A stretch of DNA of 64,000 nucleotides from Felis catus (GCF_018350175.1 NC_058368.1:76758001-76822000); one strand, 5' to 3'; counted from the stretch's first letter, positions 1 through 13,068 are shown. Notes: generated from the sequence alone by a model not told the origin. A program made the numbers and translations.

Positions 1-130
1 GAATCTGAAACGGGCTCCAGGCTCCGAGCTGTCAGCACAGAGCCCGACGCGGGGCTGGAACTCAAAAACTGGGAGATCATGATATGAGCCGAAGTCGGAC
101 GCTCAACTGACTGAGCCACCCAGGTGTCCC
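1..130 (-). mobile_element. Can-SINE (SINEC), cut by window edge
   Basis: Reverse complement of the SINEC head (...ctgagccacccaggtgtccc). Confidence 0.9.
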
Positions 131-167
131 AGAAAATACAGAAATTGTTAAAGAAATTTTTTAAATA

Positions 168-385
168 GGGGTGCCTGGGTGGCTCAGTCGGTGGTTACGG
201 GTTGAACTCTTGGTTTCGGCTCAGGTCATGAGCTCACAGATCATGGGATTGAGCCCGGTGTCAGGCTGTGGGCTGACAGTACAGAGCCTGCTTGGGATTC
301 TCTCTCCCTCTCTCTCTCTCCACCCCTCCCTCCTCTCTCTCAAAATAAATACACATTAAAAAAAAAAGCACAAAAAAATTAAAAA
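168..385 (+). mobile_element. Can-SINE (SINEC), older subfamily
   Basis: ggggtgcctgggtggctcagtcgg head, (CT)n, aaataaa and A-rich tail. Confidence 0.9.
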
Positions 386-554
386 CGATGATCCTGGAAA
401 TAGATGTTATACATGCAAGTACTACTCATATATATACACGTAGATACAGAGATAGGTAGATAACGTAGAGCTTTCCTGCATTTACCAAACCAAGTGAAGA
501 GAGTGAGGTTAGTTGTGAAGGTCTGTGGAGAAGTTGATATTGGAGAGGATATTC

Positions 555-764
555 TTTTTTTTTTTTTTTTTTAATGTTTAGTTTTGAGAGAGAGGGAGCG
601 TGCGACCAGGAGAGGGGCAGACAGAGAAGGGACAGAGGACCTAAAGCAGAGTCTGAGCTGTCAGCACAGAGCCCGATGCGGGGCTCGAGCTCACAAACCG
701 TGAGATCGGGACCTGAGCCGAAGTGGGACAGCCAACCCAACCGACTGAGCCACGCGGGCGCCCC
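555..764 (-). mobile_element. Can-SINE (SINEC)
   Basis: Poly-T tail, GA-rich body and head ending gggcgcccc. Imperfect TSD gagaggatattc/gagtggatcttc. Confidence 0.9.
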
Positions 765-2272
765 TCGAGTGGATCTTCTTACTGTGGTGTCATTCCATCC
801 GTTCATTCAACAAAGCATCGTCCCAGGCAGCGCGAGGTCTATCAGCTGCCCCAGGTAATGAGACACAGCCTTGCCCTCAAGATATTGTCACTCTGTCGTG
901 GAGGGCAGACGCGATCACAGCTCTCTGGTGTGATCTACTCTCACTAGACAGGGGTACAAACATACTGTTGTGCTGACCCTTCCCAGTCGAGCACACAAGC
1001 GTCCCCAGGTGCTTTCACGCACCGGATCCAGCGAGGAGCCTGCGGGCGGACCCAGGATCCGGTGCACCGCTTACTTAAGTCACACTCACACACGCCCTCA
1101 TCGCTCCCAAAGCACCCAGTCCAGGACCAGATGCTTAGGCACGTAGGTGGCTCCAGCTTCAGGCAAAATGGTTGCTGCGAGTTTTGCAAAATCATGCCAG
1201 CTCGGTCTCTCCTCTCCCCCGGCAGGCTTGTCCAGGCATTCCGCCCTCTCTCCGGCGTCCCCCACGTTGAAATGGGGGCTACTGCAGGGAGCTCAGTCCC
1301 CTCCCTCCCAAAGACCTGTGGCCTCCTAATGAAAACCCCTGCCTCCTTTGCCAGGCATTATAGACGCCAAAGGGAAGTGCAGCCTTTGCTAAGACAGAGG
1401 AAAAAGAAATCTGAAAAGATGATTCAGCGATCCGGCACCCCCTCACATACCCAAGCTGGGAGGGATTTGCATCACCCCCACATGGCCAAAGGCAGGAAGT
1501 CAAATGACTTGTTTTTTCCATAATTGGGAACATCCCAGATGTGTAGGAGATAGGCGATGTTTTTTGTGCTTGAATCTCACCAGCATGCTACATACACACA
1601 CGATTAAGTCCTTATAATAATGACACGTGTTACACGGAAAAGCACGAGGTAATGTGGACGTATCCACCAGAACTCTAAACTAGTATGCGGGTGGGGGCGG
1701 TGGTGGAAAACTGGGGTACAGAAGAAGGCTTTCCCAGGGGGATGATGGCAGGCTAAGGCTGCTGGGTGAATACGAGTTCGCCAGGTAAGTGGACAGGCAG
1801 GGACAGGTGTGCATGAGGGTCCATGGCCCAAAGGAGCTAGCTCGCCCAGGGAGACCCAGAGGTGACAGTGACCCAAGGTCAGGATGGAGGGGGGCCACCA
1901 GGTCCTGGTGGTACGCAGGGACTCCCCAGTGCAGACCAACGAGAGGCATGTGTTCGTGCAGAGCCCACGAGAAGGCGTGGAAAGCATCTTCCGGAAGGAC
2001 AGGTCGACAGCACAGGACAACGTCTCCACTGGCCAAGGCAGTAGAAAATCATGAAGCGTGTTGGTGGACCAAGCTGATCTTCCCAGAGCAGCCCTGGTCT
2101 GACTTCTTGTCCTGTCCCCTTTTACTACAGAAAACATGCCGGGTCACTACTCTCCCCTGATTCGCAGGGGTTACAGCACCACCACCCATAACAAAGCGTC
2201 TATACGCATAAGGGGAAGAATGAGGGAACAGAAAAGCAAATGGGGTAACATGTTAAGAATAAGTGAATCTGG

Positions 2273-2737
2273 GTTGATTCGTTTCCTATTGCAGCTGTGA
2301 CCAATTAGCACAACTTTAGTGGTTTGAAACAACACAAATGTATTCTCTTGAGGTCCTGGAGGCCACAAGTGTGAGGTCGGTCTCGGTGAGCTGAAGTCAG
2401 GGGGCGGCAGGGCGGGGTGCCCCGGCAGGGGGAGGGGAGATTCCCTGGCCCTCTCCTTGGCTCATGGCCCCTTCCTCTAGCTTCAAAGTACGTCACCCAG
2501 GGAGGGTCCTGCTTCTTTCGTCAACTTCTCTTTATAGTCAAATCTCCCTTGCCCTCCCTCTTATAAGGGCATTTCCAAAACCGGTAGGGACCCACGTGGA
2601 TCATGCAGGATAACCCCCCATGCAAAGTCCTAGAGGCAAGGGGGAGCCTTCAGGGGGGGAGCCTCTTTCTGCCCTACAAGCTGACACTCTCTGCTTCCAG
2701 GCAGTATAACCTGGTAGGTATGATTCATCCTACCACC
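2273..2737 (-). mobile_element. MLT1-type (ERVL-MaLR) solo LTR
   Basis: MLT1 motifs ttcctattgcagctgtgaccaatta..., aaacaacacaaatgtattctc and cttataaggg. Confidence 0.7.
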
Positions 2738-2839
2738 CCAAGAACAGGCAGTATGGGAGCCCTGATACCCTTTTTTTTTTGGTAAATTTTCCATCCATCT
2801 GAAATTATTTTAGAATAAAATGTTCTGGGGGTGGGAGGG

Positions 2840-3052
2840 GGGGCGCCTGGGTGGCTCAGTCAGTTAAGCGTCTGACTCCTGATTTGGGCTCAGGTCGTGA
2901 TCTCATGGTCATGAGATCAAGCCCCGCATTGGGTTCTGCGCAGACAGCGTGGTATCTGCTTGGGATTCTCTCTCCCTCTCTCTCTGTCCCTCTCCTCCTT
3001 GCTCACTCTCTCTCTCTCTCTCTCAAAATAAAGAAATAAACTTTAAAAAAAA
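2840..3052 (+). mobile_element. Can-SINE (SINEC)
   Basis: ggggcgcctgggtggctcagtcagttaagcg head, (CT)n and A tail. Confidence 0.92.
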
Positions 3053-3673
3053 TGTTTTTAAAAGATGAACATGTTTGGAAATAAATTATAATAAATTATA
3101 AGATCCCTCTAGTCAAGGGCGTCAGCGTCCCTTGATGCAATGTCTTCGACCCTCTTCCCCCTCTGTTCCGTGAAAATATTTATTAAATCATACCTGCCCA
3201 ACAGCATCTTGATTCCAACACCCACACGCTTGATTTTATTTTAAAGGCAAACGCTGACACGTGATCCCCCCCACTGCTATCTTTTTTAAAGGCTGAGAAA
3301 AATCCTTAAGTTTTCCCAGGCCTGAAATTTATAAATTTGACCTTGTCAGAGAAGGCATGCTTCTACAATCTTACGAAGACTGTAGTAATTGAAGATGTAA
3401 GAAATCATCTTGGGGGCTTTTATTTTCCTGAACATTCTTGCCTGCACGGGGGACAATCCAGCACAATGGTGAACGTCCCCTTGCATCAGCTCCGGGTCTC
3501 TGCTCACCGCCACCCGGGCGCACAGGCAGGCGGTTTGAGCTTCCCTGGGGCTGTTGCTCCAGTAACTTGGGACTTTTTGGTTGTCCCTGGGCTCCAGCCC
3601 CTCATGTTTACACGGGAAAGCCTCTCCTTCCTCCCAGGCTCTGTCCTTTCATTTCGATCAATTGTTCACCCAG

Positions 3674-3895
3674 GGGGCACCTGGGTGGCTCAGTCGGTTG
3701 AACATTGGCTTCGGCTCAGGTCATGATCTCACAGTTCACGAGTTCAAGCCCCACATCGGGCTTGCTGCTGTGGGAGCAGAGTCCGCTCTGGATCCTGTCT
3801 CTCTCTCTCTCCTCCCCTCCCCTGCTTGTGCTCTCTCCCCCTCTGTCAAATATAAATAACCAGTAAAAAAAAAAAAAAGAGAGAGAGAGAGAGAC
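3674..3895 (+). mobile_element. Can-SINE (SINEC)
   Basis: SINEC head, CT-rich body and A tail followed by (GA)n. Confidence 0.9.
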
Positions 3896-4098
3896 AGAAG
3901 GGTCTGAGAACTGTACAGATGTTAGTTTGTTTATTTAAATAAATAAATACATTGTCCAGGAACCGTACCTACTGTATTATTGTATTATTACCATCCTGTT
4001 ATCATGACTGATCTTAAGGTTTTTGTGTGGTGGGAAGGAGGAAAACAGGTGCATGAGCCAGGGGTCCAAAGAGCTAAGGGGCCTCGGTCAGGATTTTG

Positions 4099-4190
4099 CA
4101 ACCCTCCCTGTACCCCAGCACAACCGACCGGCGGACCCAGAGGACAACCCTCCCTGTACCCCAGCACAACTGACCGTGGGACCCAGAGGA
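4099..4190. repeat. 46-bp direct tandem duplication (2 copies)
   Basis: caaccctccctgtaccccagcacaacYgaccg..ggacccagagga at 4099-4144 and 4145-4190. Confidence 0.9.
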
Positions 4191-4915
4191 TATTCCTGTT
4201 GCAGATACACAAGCAACAGCTGTCGGCAGGGGGGCGGGGAGGGGGGGGGGTGGGGAGAAAGATCTGGAAAACCAGGCGAGGCTCAGAAGTTTCCCTAAGC
4301 TTCAGTTGCCGTGGATTGGGCAGGATGGCCTGGAGCCCCGGCTAAGACAGTTTCTCAAGTGGATATAAAGCTAAATTCAGGTTTTAGGGCAACAGCTCCA
4401 TTCTAGGGAGGGGCCTGGAAAACTCATAACAAAACATTTGAAAACCTATACAAGCAATTTCCTGAAAAAAGTTATTTGAGTCACCAAAAAAAAAAAAAAA
4501 AAAGGCAGCGGGGGTGGACTTTGGACTTCCATTCGGACTTTGAAAGAATCGCTAAACAAATAAGGGATATTAAACGTAGAGTAATAAAGCTGGTTTGCAA
4601 CTTGTGCCTTGACCATATTTCTGTAAGAAAAGGAAGTCCTGGAGATTGTCGTCTCGGCTATTTTCATTGAATAAGAACTGCTTTCCAGTGTTTCGAGCAC
4701 TGGGCAGAGCAGCAGATTACGGTTCAAAGCCTTTTTCCAGAATATCCACAGAACCACCTTGCCTCTCAAAGGTTATTTGCTCGTCTGAATTACAACCCCT
4801 TCGGGGTCCACCCCACAAATTTCCTTTCCTATGGTCTTCCCCACAATCAGGTCAGGGGGAAAAAAAACATGATATGCCTCTGTGTGTTTCAATATGTTAT
4901 CTTGTCTTTCCAGTA

Positions 4916-5286
4916 TGCTCCAGACTGAATGTTTGCATCCTCCCCGAATTCATGCGTTGAAATCCTAACCCTCAATGTGATTGGTGTTCCCGGGAGATGG
5001 GAGCTTTGGGAGGTGATGGGGTAGTGAGGTAGAGCCCTCAAGAATGGAATCAGTGCCTTTAGAAAAGACCCCAGAGAGCTCCCTCCCTCGGCCCTCCCAC
5101 CTGGTGAGGACACTGGGAGAAGACACCATCTGGTTCTGTGAACCAGGAATCGTGTCCTCGCCAGACGCTGGATGGGCCAGCACCTAGACCTCAGGCTTCC
5201 AGCCCCCAGAACTGCAAGAATTAAATTCCCGTTGTTTACAAGCCCCAGTCTGTAGGATTTCGTTACAGCAGCCTGAATGAAGACAA
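4916..5286 (+). mobile_element. MLT1A-like solo LTR
   Basis: gactgaatgtttg...aattcatgcgttgaaatcctaaccctcaatgtga start and gttacagcagcctgaatgaagaca end. Confidence 0.8.
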
Positions 5287-5907
5287 ATTCCTTCATAACA
5301 ATTTTGCTCATTTACCCGACGAAAGGTACCCTGGTGACGGCTCCACCTGCTCCAGATGTTTCCCCACAGATATTTTAGGAGGGACCTGTCACCGTGATGA
5401 CTAGGTTACTATAAATACAACAGCACCGTCAGCAAAAAAAAGAACAAAGTTCGCACTTTCCCTTTGGCAGACGTCGCCATCCAGATCTCTGTCACCTTCT
5501 ATTTCACAGAACGATAGAGGAGGCTCATTTCTTCAGTCTTCGGTGCGTCCTTATCTTATGCTGGGTCTAAGGAACACTTGGGGGACCAGAGTGATTGTAA
5601 CCTCCTACCTCTTCCGCCTTCCTCTCTCTTCTCAGATCAAAATCACAGTCTCTGCAGTTAACTGGCTGGCTCCCCCAACACGTTTCCTGATTATCCCCTA
5701 CTGACCTTCGGGACTTTCAGCAAGGTGCCTGCAAGCAGGGGGTAGGTTCTGGCTTTATCTGATCCTGTGTCAGGACAAGTAATGACGGCGCCCTCTTTGA
5801 TTTCAGCTGCTTTCAAACCTCACCAAAGGAGGACTTGAATCCCTCCAGATTACTCTCCGGCTTCCCTATCCTCCTTCATCTCCAAACGCAAAACCCTCAG
5901 ATTGCCT

Positions 5908-5972
5908 CCCCTTCTCCTCCTCCTCCTCCTCCCCCTCCTCCTCCCCCTCCTCCTCCTCCTCCTCCTCCTCCT
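5908..5972. repeat. (CCT)n microsatellite
   Basis: Direct reading. Source of the poly-Pro ORF 5835..6035. Confidence 0.95.
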
Positions 5973-6519
5973 TCCCATAAAAGAGAAAAAGATCTCAGGT
6001 TGCTTCACGGACAACGGGGGACCCTGTTGTTATAGATGTGCGTGAATATTAAGGAGCCTAGATTTAGCGTGTTAACAACCACATCTAAGAGACGACATTA
6101 ACGTTTCACAGAAAAGGGGCTGTTTTCCAAACCGGCTTACACTGACCTGAAGAAGTACTGGGAATTTTCAATTTTGAGGTTTCTGGCCGCAGTGAGGAGG
6201 CCCACCGTGGCCCACTCTGCCTGGGTGCGCTGTCTCATGAGATCTGTGTGGGGGGGTTCCTCGGCGACATCGAATGACACTCCCTGGCAGCCTCTTGAAA
6301 AACGGCTGTTGTGTACTTTCACTGGGAAGAGCCATTGAAAGCAAAACTTGATGCTGAAATACGGACAAATCTACAATTAACTACTCAAAACACAAGTTGA
6401 GTTTGCCACCAAGAAACAATGGACGTGCACAGAGATTTTAAATCGGACATCCACTACGCCTAAAGACACACATCTAAGCTTGCGAAATTCAAAATAGCGC
6501 TTGCTCAAACTTTACCAGA

Positions 6520-6872
6520 TTTGAGAGCAGGCTGGCTCCCTCGGTGGCCGCGAGGGACATCCGGTCCATACCTCTCTCCCAGCCTCTGGTGGTTTCCTGG
6601 CAATCTTTGGTGTCCCTTGGCTTGCGGAAGCTTCACCCCCATCTCTGTCTGCAGACACGTGTCTGTGTCCAAGTTTGTCCTCTGTACAAGGACACCAATC
6701 ATATTGGCTCAGAGAGACCCGCCCCCCTCCCCCCCCCCCACTGCAGTGTGACCTCATCTCAACCGATTACATCTGCCAGGACCCTATTTCCAAAGATGGT
6801 CACATTCTAGGGTAATGAGGCTCAGGAATCCAGCATCTGAAATCGGAGGGAACACAATGCAATCTGTGACAC
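6520..6872 (-). mobile_element. MLT1B/C-like solo LTR
   Basis: ctctctcccagcctctggtggtttcctggcaatctttggtgtcccttggcttg and attacatctgccaggaccctatttccaaagatggtcacattct. Confidence 0.75.
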
Positions 6873-8392
6873 ACCGCAATGTTGCCTCTTCCTCGGAGAC
6901 ACTTAGAAAAAGAGGCCAATTGTGCCACCTAGGTTGCTAGAACTTTCCAGTCAGCCTCCGCCCCCTGCACCCTGTGGGCCCCTCCACGGGGCTTATCCTC
7001 CTAAGCAGGACTCCGTCTCTGTACCCCACTTGAATGGTCCCCCACGTTAAAACCAGCTTTCCACAGCTGATAACGGACACTGCTTGTTTTTGAGACGGCC
7101 TGGACGGCAAACCCGTCCTCCCCGATTTCTTTACTCCAAAGAGTGAGCATCTCATGGCTGCAAAGGGCCGGGGCCGGCGTCCCTGGCAACCTCCAAACCA
7201 GAGGCCACAGGTCACCACCGAGGCTCAGCACCAGCTTCCGGCCCCGAGGCCACGCCCACCAGCCTGACCACTGCATCCGGCCCTCCTTCCGTCTATCTCC
7301 TCTCCTCAAATCATCTTCCCAGCTCTCCCCAGTTTCTGAAATACGCCCCCCACCTGCCCAGGTAAACTGGTCAACCCTTAAAATTCACGGCACGAGGTAT
7401 CCCTGACGTCACCGTGTTCCCTTTTGTGAGAAACCCAGGCAGCTTGGCATTTTTCTTTTTCAAATGCCTCCCTTGGGGGCAGGCTGTGACCCGGAACCCT
7501 ATATGTAGGACTCTCAGTATCCAGAAACTTCTAACCCTCAAAGAGAATTCTAACCTCAGAGCTTCAAGAAAGAGTCAGCCACTAATAAAACCACTATATT
7601 CTGCTCCCTTGTTAGTGTAAAATGTCAGGGTCACCGACTAAATTCATAAAAATTCCTTTATTATCAACTAAGATTGTTCTCAGAAATGGGATATCGTTAT
7701 TAAGAAGCTATCTTATAGGGGAACTTCGGTGGTGGGGGTTGGGGGCATGACCCAAACATCCTTTTGTGCATTAACCATCGAGAGGTCTCTCAGTTAGAAA
7801 CGAATTTATTGTATTTCTTGATATTTGATTTGCCCTTCCTATTTTAAAACAGCACATCTTTCTGAAAACGTTCTTTTACATCCCAAATACTGCTCGGAGG
7901 GAACAGTAGATATTCAGTCGTCTGTCTTAATCAGCCTGATCCCTCTCGCTTTTCTATCTGCCCAGAAAATTCCAAGGTCAGCCCCCTCAGCACCGGCCAG
8001 CTGGTGTTGTGTCTGGGCCATCAGAACGTTGGGTCACCGTCTTCTTTCACTACGCATCACCCTGTAATCCTGAAGGCTCACCAGGCTCCTGGGTTACCCT
8101 GATGCTTGTTGAGGACCAAGATCACTGCAGCAAGGAGGCTGTTTGCGGGGGGCGGGGGGGCACAACGATGGGGGAGCACAGCCACCCCCTAAGCCTGAGC
8201 ACAGGTTTGCTCCCCGCTTTTTTCGATGTGACGCTGTCCTGCTTAAGGCACACGGCAAACCAAACCTGTAGAACTACTCTGGATCAGGAATCAGAACTCA
8301 GCAGCAGTTTTAAGTAATTTGGAAATCACTTTCAGCTCCTCCTTTGCCTTCAACAACAACAAAAAACCCACACATTTTAAAATGTAAAAAGA

Positions 8393-8620
8393 GGGGCGTC
8401 CGCGTGGCTCGGTTGATTAAGCGTCCGACTTCGGCTCAGATCATGATCTCACGGTTCGTGGGTCCGAGCCCCGCGTCGGGCTCTGCGCTGACAGCTCGGA
8501 GCCTGGAGCCTGCTTCCGATTCTGTCTCCCTCTCTCTCTGCACCACCCCCCCCCCCGCCCCCGCCCTCTGCTTGCCTTCTGTCTCGGTCTCTCAAAAATA
8601 AACATGAAAGAAAAATTAAA
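8393..8620 (+). mobile_element. Can-SINE (SINEC_Fc-like)
   Basis: Full head/body/tail. Imperfect TSD aaatgtaaaaaga/aaacgcaaaaaga. Confidence 0.92.
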
Positions 8621-9352
8621 ACGCAAAAAGAAATTCCAAGGATGGCAGCGCACTCCCTTTCCAATTAATTGTATTTATAATAAGATGATATATTTGCATT
8701 TATTTTCCCCTAAATAAACACACACGTGATTAAATTCCGATGAAATCATATGTAAGGCAGAGAGAACGCGTGTATACTCAAATGCATGCAGGCACACATA
8801 CACTTTGTTTGAATCATTCAAAATAAAATAAAATATGCTTGGGGTAAAGTCACCTTAAGAGTAAAAAATCAAATTGAAAAAAGGCAAAGTTAATAACCTG
8901 GCTCACGGCTATCAAAAAACAGTGGTGTCTTTGTAACAAATGGTCCTTTTTCAGTGGCCAGAGATAATTTCTAAGTGCTTATTACCCATCTGAGCATGCA
9001 AATTTTAAATACCTTGCTCTATTATATCCATTCTATGACATCAATTCTTTCAGCAATTTCCTTGTAAAATTAGATTTGTTCTCCTGCTCTTTCCCGCAAA
9101 GCACTGAACCAAGAACAGTGGTGATCTCAATTGCCTTTCATGCCAGATTTAACCTTATGATACATGCATTAAATACAGATTAACATCTTGTCTCGGAGAA
9201 ACTCGCATTTAGCAGACCGGCCAAAGTTTCATTAAAATATAAATCAGTATACAATTCATGAAAAGAAAACTAGGCAGGTAGGGAATCTGTGCTCTTCCTT
9301 CGAGGAAAACACACCGCTCTGCCTAGTCCCTGTGCACACAGCTAAGCTAGGC

Positions 9353-9583
9353 TTTTCTTTTCTTTTCTTTTCTTTTCTTTTAAGCTTATTTATTTTGAGA
9401 GAGACAGAGAGAGCACACATATGTGCGTGCAAGAAGGAAGCGGCAGAGGGAGAGGGAGAGAGAGAATCCCAAGCAGCCTCCACACTGCCAATTCAGAGTC
9501 AGACATGGGGATCGAACTCACAGACTGTGAGATCGTGACCTGAAGAGTCGGACGCTCAACCAATTGAGCCACCCAGGCGCCCC
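9353..9583 (-). mobile_element. Can-SINE (SINEC) with (TTTTC)n tail
   Basis: Reverse-complement head ...gagccacccaggcgcccc. Confidence 0.9.
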
Positions 9584-10987
9584 AAAATGGGCTTTTATTC
9601 AGGACCAGGAACCAAGTGGATCTTCCTAAAGTTACGGAAATGCACAAAATGGACTTTACCAGCCCACAAATCTCAATTTGGTAACTGATTATTGGGAATG
9701 ACCCTGGGATTTCCGGCCCGATTCCAGTGATCCAAGGCTATACCTTGGTGGACGGTGCCTTACTTAGACGCACTTCAGCGTTTCTCTGGAACCCACAAGA
9801 ACTGGGGTACAGTTCTGTCAAGAAACCATCGGCCCTCAGAAGTTCATTTCACGGCAGGATGAAAACTCACTATTTATTTCAGGCCAGACGGGCCACCCTG
9901 TAATTGTGCAATAGCTGTTAGATGGATCTTTCCATTATCCCTAGAACTGGGTAAATGCAGTTTCTGCCAGGAGGAGAGGCTCTGGCCCACTCCTCCTCCT
10001 GCATGAGAGACATCCAGCAAGGCTCCAAGAAGAGTGACAATCGACTGCGGACAGGTACAAAAAAGGAACCAAAACTGCCATTTCTCCCAACATAACAGCC
10101 ACACAATATAATCAATATGTTGGAAAAAGTGGAAGAAAGAAAATGACACATTTTTCTTTTCAGAACTCACATCATGAACCCTAAGTCCTCTGTATTCTCC
10201 TTGCATTATTGTATCCTTTTTCGAGACTCCAAGTCATATAAAAAAATCACTCCTCTTTCATTATTTCAGTGTCCTTGGAGATCTCAGACACGAGCTTTCT
10301 ATATAACTCGTGTTCTTTTCTTAATACTGAGAAACGCAGTTCTTAGACTGGAGGGCAGAAATTGGCTTTCCATACGAGTCGGGCCATCTGCGAAACTGAC
10401 TCTGTGATTCCAGGCAAGTTGATCTCACTCTGATTTCTTACCTCTGCTATAAAAATGAGTTTTTACACTCAGTTGTTTCAATGGAGCACTTGAGAAGTGA
10501 ACCAAGAATCTTTATGGTAAGATGTGTTGAAATAATTATTGTGGGCTCAAGCTCTAGCCACAGGACACCTGTCACTCCCGGGGAAGCCACATGTTTGTTT
10601 GTTTGTTTGTATTCCCGCTCATCTTAACTCAAACTGCAAATGAAATCATTTTTCCACTGGACTGAGTTCTTTTAATGCCACGGTGAAGCAAAACCATTGA
10701 TAGATCCAGGGTTAATCGTTCCCATAATGATAATATTGTACCTAATTGGAAATACGTCTCAGCAAGAAGGATATTTCCATTGCTGGATTTCTGAAATTAC
10801 TATGACTAGAGCTGGAAAAATCGGACCCTACCAATGTATCACGCTAAGGTAAATCATTCGTCCATCTGGTCTCCATAGAGACCAGTTTGTGAACCCTAGG
10901 AAAGTGTTACTCAGAGTGGAAGGCCCACTGCTGAAACGGTTGTGGCATTCATAGGACTTGATTTTGGGGAATGATCTGCAAGAACTC

Positions 10988-11217
10988 TTTTTTTTTTTTT
11001 TTAATTTTTTTTTTCCCAATGTTTTTATTTATTTTTGGGACAGAGACAGAGCATGAACGGGGGAGGGGCAGAGAGAGAGGGAGACACAGAATCGGAAACA
11101 GGCTCCAGGCTCCGAGCCATCAGCCCAGAGCCCGACGCGGGGCTCGAACTCCTGGACCGCGAGATCGTGACCTGGCTGAAGTCAGACGCTTAACCGACTG
11201 CACCACCCAGGCGCCCC
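10988..11217 (-). mobile_element. Young felid SINEC_Fc
   Basis: Near-consensus body and TSD aagaactc(ttt) on both sides. Confidence 0.95.
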
Positions 11218-11285
11218 AAGAACTCTTTAACTAACATACCTTAAATTGTTGGCCGTGCTAGTAGAGATACAAGAACTGAGTCTCA

Positions 11286-11497
11286 GGGCTCCCGGGTGGC
11301 TCAGTCAGTTGAGTGTCCGACTCTTGATTTTGGCTCAGGTCATGACCCCAGGGTTATGGGATCAAGCCCCGAGCCAGGATCCACACCCAGCACGAAGCCT
11401 GCTTAAGATTCTCTCTCTCTCCCTCCCCCGTACCTCTCTCCCTCTGCTTCTCCCCCACTCATGCTCTTTCTCTCTCTTAAACAAAATTTTTAAAAAG
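11286..11497 (+). mobile_element. Can-SINE (SINEC), older subfamily
   Basis: gggctcccgggtggctcagtcagttgag head, CT-rich body and A tail. Confidence 0.88.
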
Positions 11498-11946
11498 AAC
11501 CGAGTCCGGCCGAAGTATGTTCAGGCCCCTTGGCATTTTGTTACACAGACAGACAAATACGTTGAAATGCTCCTGTGATACCTTCGTGCTTAGATGCTCC
11601 AGGTCGGGTCCTGGGAAGTTAGCCTCCCCGACTGTGGTGGTAAAGGTGTGCAGAAACTTCACAGAACAGCCTAAGATAGTGCGGAGCCTGGCGTGAGATA
11701 AGGTGGCAGAGCTTTCGCTTGTTGATCTTCTCAAGTCAAGGCCTTAACAGACCCACCTTCATTCAAGACCTTCCCCGGCTTGGCCTTGGAAAACACCCCT
11801 GACCCAGGCAAACTCACCTGGGGAGAAATGAGCTGTGTGTTTACGGTGAGGAGGAGAGGGAAGGACCTTTGCCATCAGCAGAAGAACACCCAGGCCCAGC
11901 TCTGACTGCAGGGGGTTTCAGAGTGGAATCAAACATAGAAGTTTCA

Positions 11947-12171
11947 GGGGCCCCTGGGTGGTGCAGTCGGTTAAGCGTCCGACATCAGCCAGGTCACGAT
12001 CTCGCGGTCCGTGAGTTCGAGCCCCGTGTCGGGCTCCGGGCTGATGGCTCGGAGCCTGGAGCCTGTTTCCGATTCTGTGTCTCCCTCTCTCTCTGCCCCT
12101 CCCCCGTTCATGCTCTGTCTCTCTCTGTCCCAAAAATAAATAAAAAACGTTGAAAAAAAAATTTTTTTAAA
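11947..12171 (+). mobile_element. Young felid SINEC_Fc
   Basis: Perfect 16-bp TSD aaacatagaagtttca (11931-11946 and 12172-12187). Confidence 0.95.
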
Positions 12172-12568
12172 AAACATAGAAGTTTCAAGCCATAAACTCT
12201 CAGAACATCGGAACACTTTTTCTGCTCTGAAATTTTGAAATAGACACTTTTTCTCCCCCAGAATATCTAGAAGGAATACTTAAATTTATATTTATGTTTG
12301 TTCCTCCGGCAAGCGCTTGAAACCATATTCATGGTAAATGTAAATACTTTTATGACGGCACTGTTCCAACACGGAGTCGCCCCGAAGAATAATTCCTCCA
12401 GAAAAGTATAATAAAAGTGTGATAGATGATATCATAATGTTTAACAGAGCAAGTGAGCAAATAAAGTAAGTTTAAGGTCAAAGGTGCTAAAGCCAATGTC
12501 AAAAATGAGCTCTTCAGCAATTTATTGCTTTTGGTGCTGCGCGGCGACTTTTTAAAAAGTGCTTAGGA

Positions 12569-12790
12569 GGGGCGCCTGGGTGGCTCAGTCGGTTAAGCGG
12601 CCGACTTCGGCTCAGGTCATGATCTCGTGGTCCGTGAGTTCAAGCCTCGCGTCGGGCTCTGTGCTGACAGCTCGGAGCCTGAAGCCTGTTTCAGATTCTG
12701 TGTCTCCCTCCTTCTCTGACCCTCCCCTGTTCATGCTCTCTCTCTCTCTGTCTCAAAAATAAATAAATGTTAAAAAAAAATTAAAAAAAA
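12569..12790 (+). mobile_element. Can-SINE (SINEC_Fc-like)
   Basis: Full length with TSD aaaagtgcttagga. Confidence 0.95.
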
Positions 12791-12840
12791 AAGTGCTTAG
12801 GACATATTATCCAAGCTAAGAATAGAACTCCACAGAATAT

Positions 12841-13068
12841 GGGGCACCTGGGCGGTTCAGTCGGTTGAGCGTCCGACTTCAGCCCAGGTCACGACCTCGT
12901 GGTTCACAAGTGTGAGCCCCGCGACGGGCTCTGTGCTGACAGCTCAGGGACTGGAACCTGCTGCGGATTCTATGTCTCCCTCCCTCTCCGCCCCTGCCCT
13001 GCCTGTGTGCTATCTCTCTCTCTGTCTCAAAAATAAAGAAAAACATTTAAAAATTTTTTTTGAAAAAA
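12841..13068 (+). mobile_element. Can-SINE (SINEC_Fc-like)
   Basis: Full length. tccacagaata is repeated at both flanks. Confidence 0.92.

Noticed and set aside
168..260. tRNA-like A/B-box sequences
   Set aside because: They are the tRNA-derived heads of Can-SINEs followed by SINE bodies and tails. No standalone tRNA gene was seen.
4446..4769. 107-aa minus ORF with an internal acceptor-like cttccttttcttacag near 4620
   Set aside because: No matching donor, no recognisable homology, and it runs through a poly-T tract.
5835..6035. Poly-proline ORF
   Set aside because: It is a translation of the (CCT)n repeat.
6135..6165. Minus-strand AG|GT sites (cttcttcag|gtcagt near 6141-6150, also ctgcag|gtagga near 15045-15056)
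   Set aside because: These are weaker motifs. Their presence on the opposite strand shows such sites arise by chance, which also tempers the + strand candidates.
12559..12762. Recurrent ORF family (GAWVAQSVKRPTSAQVMIS..., ERETEHERGRGRE...)
   Set aside because: These are SINEC reading frames repeated at every SINE, not a gene family.
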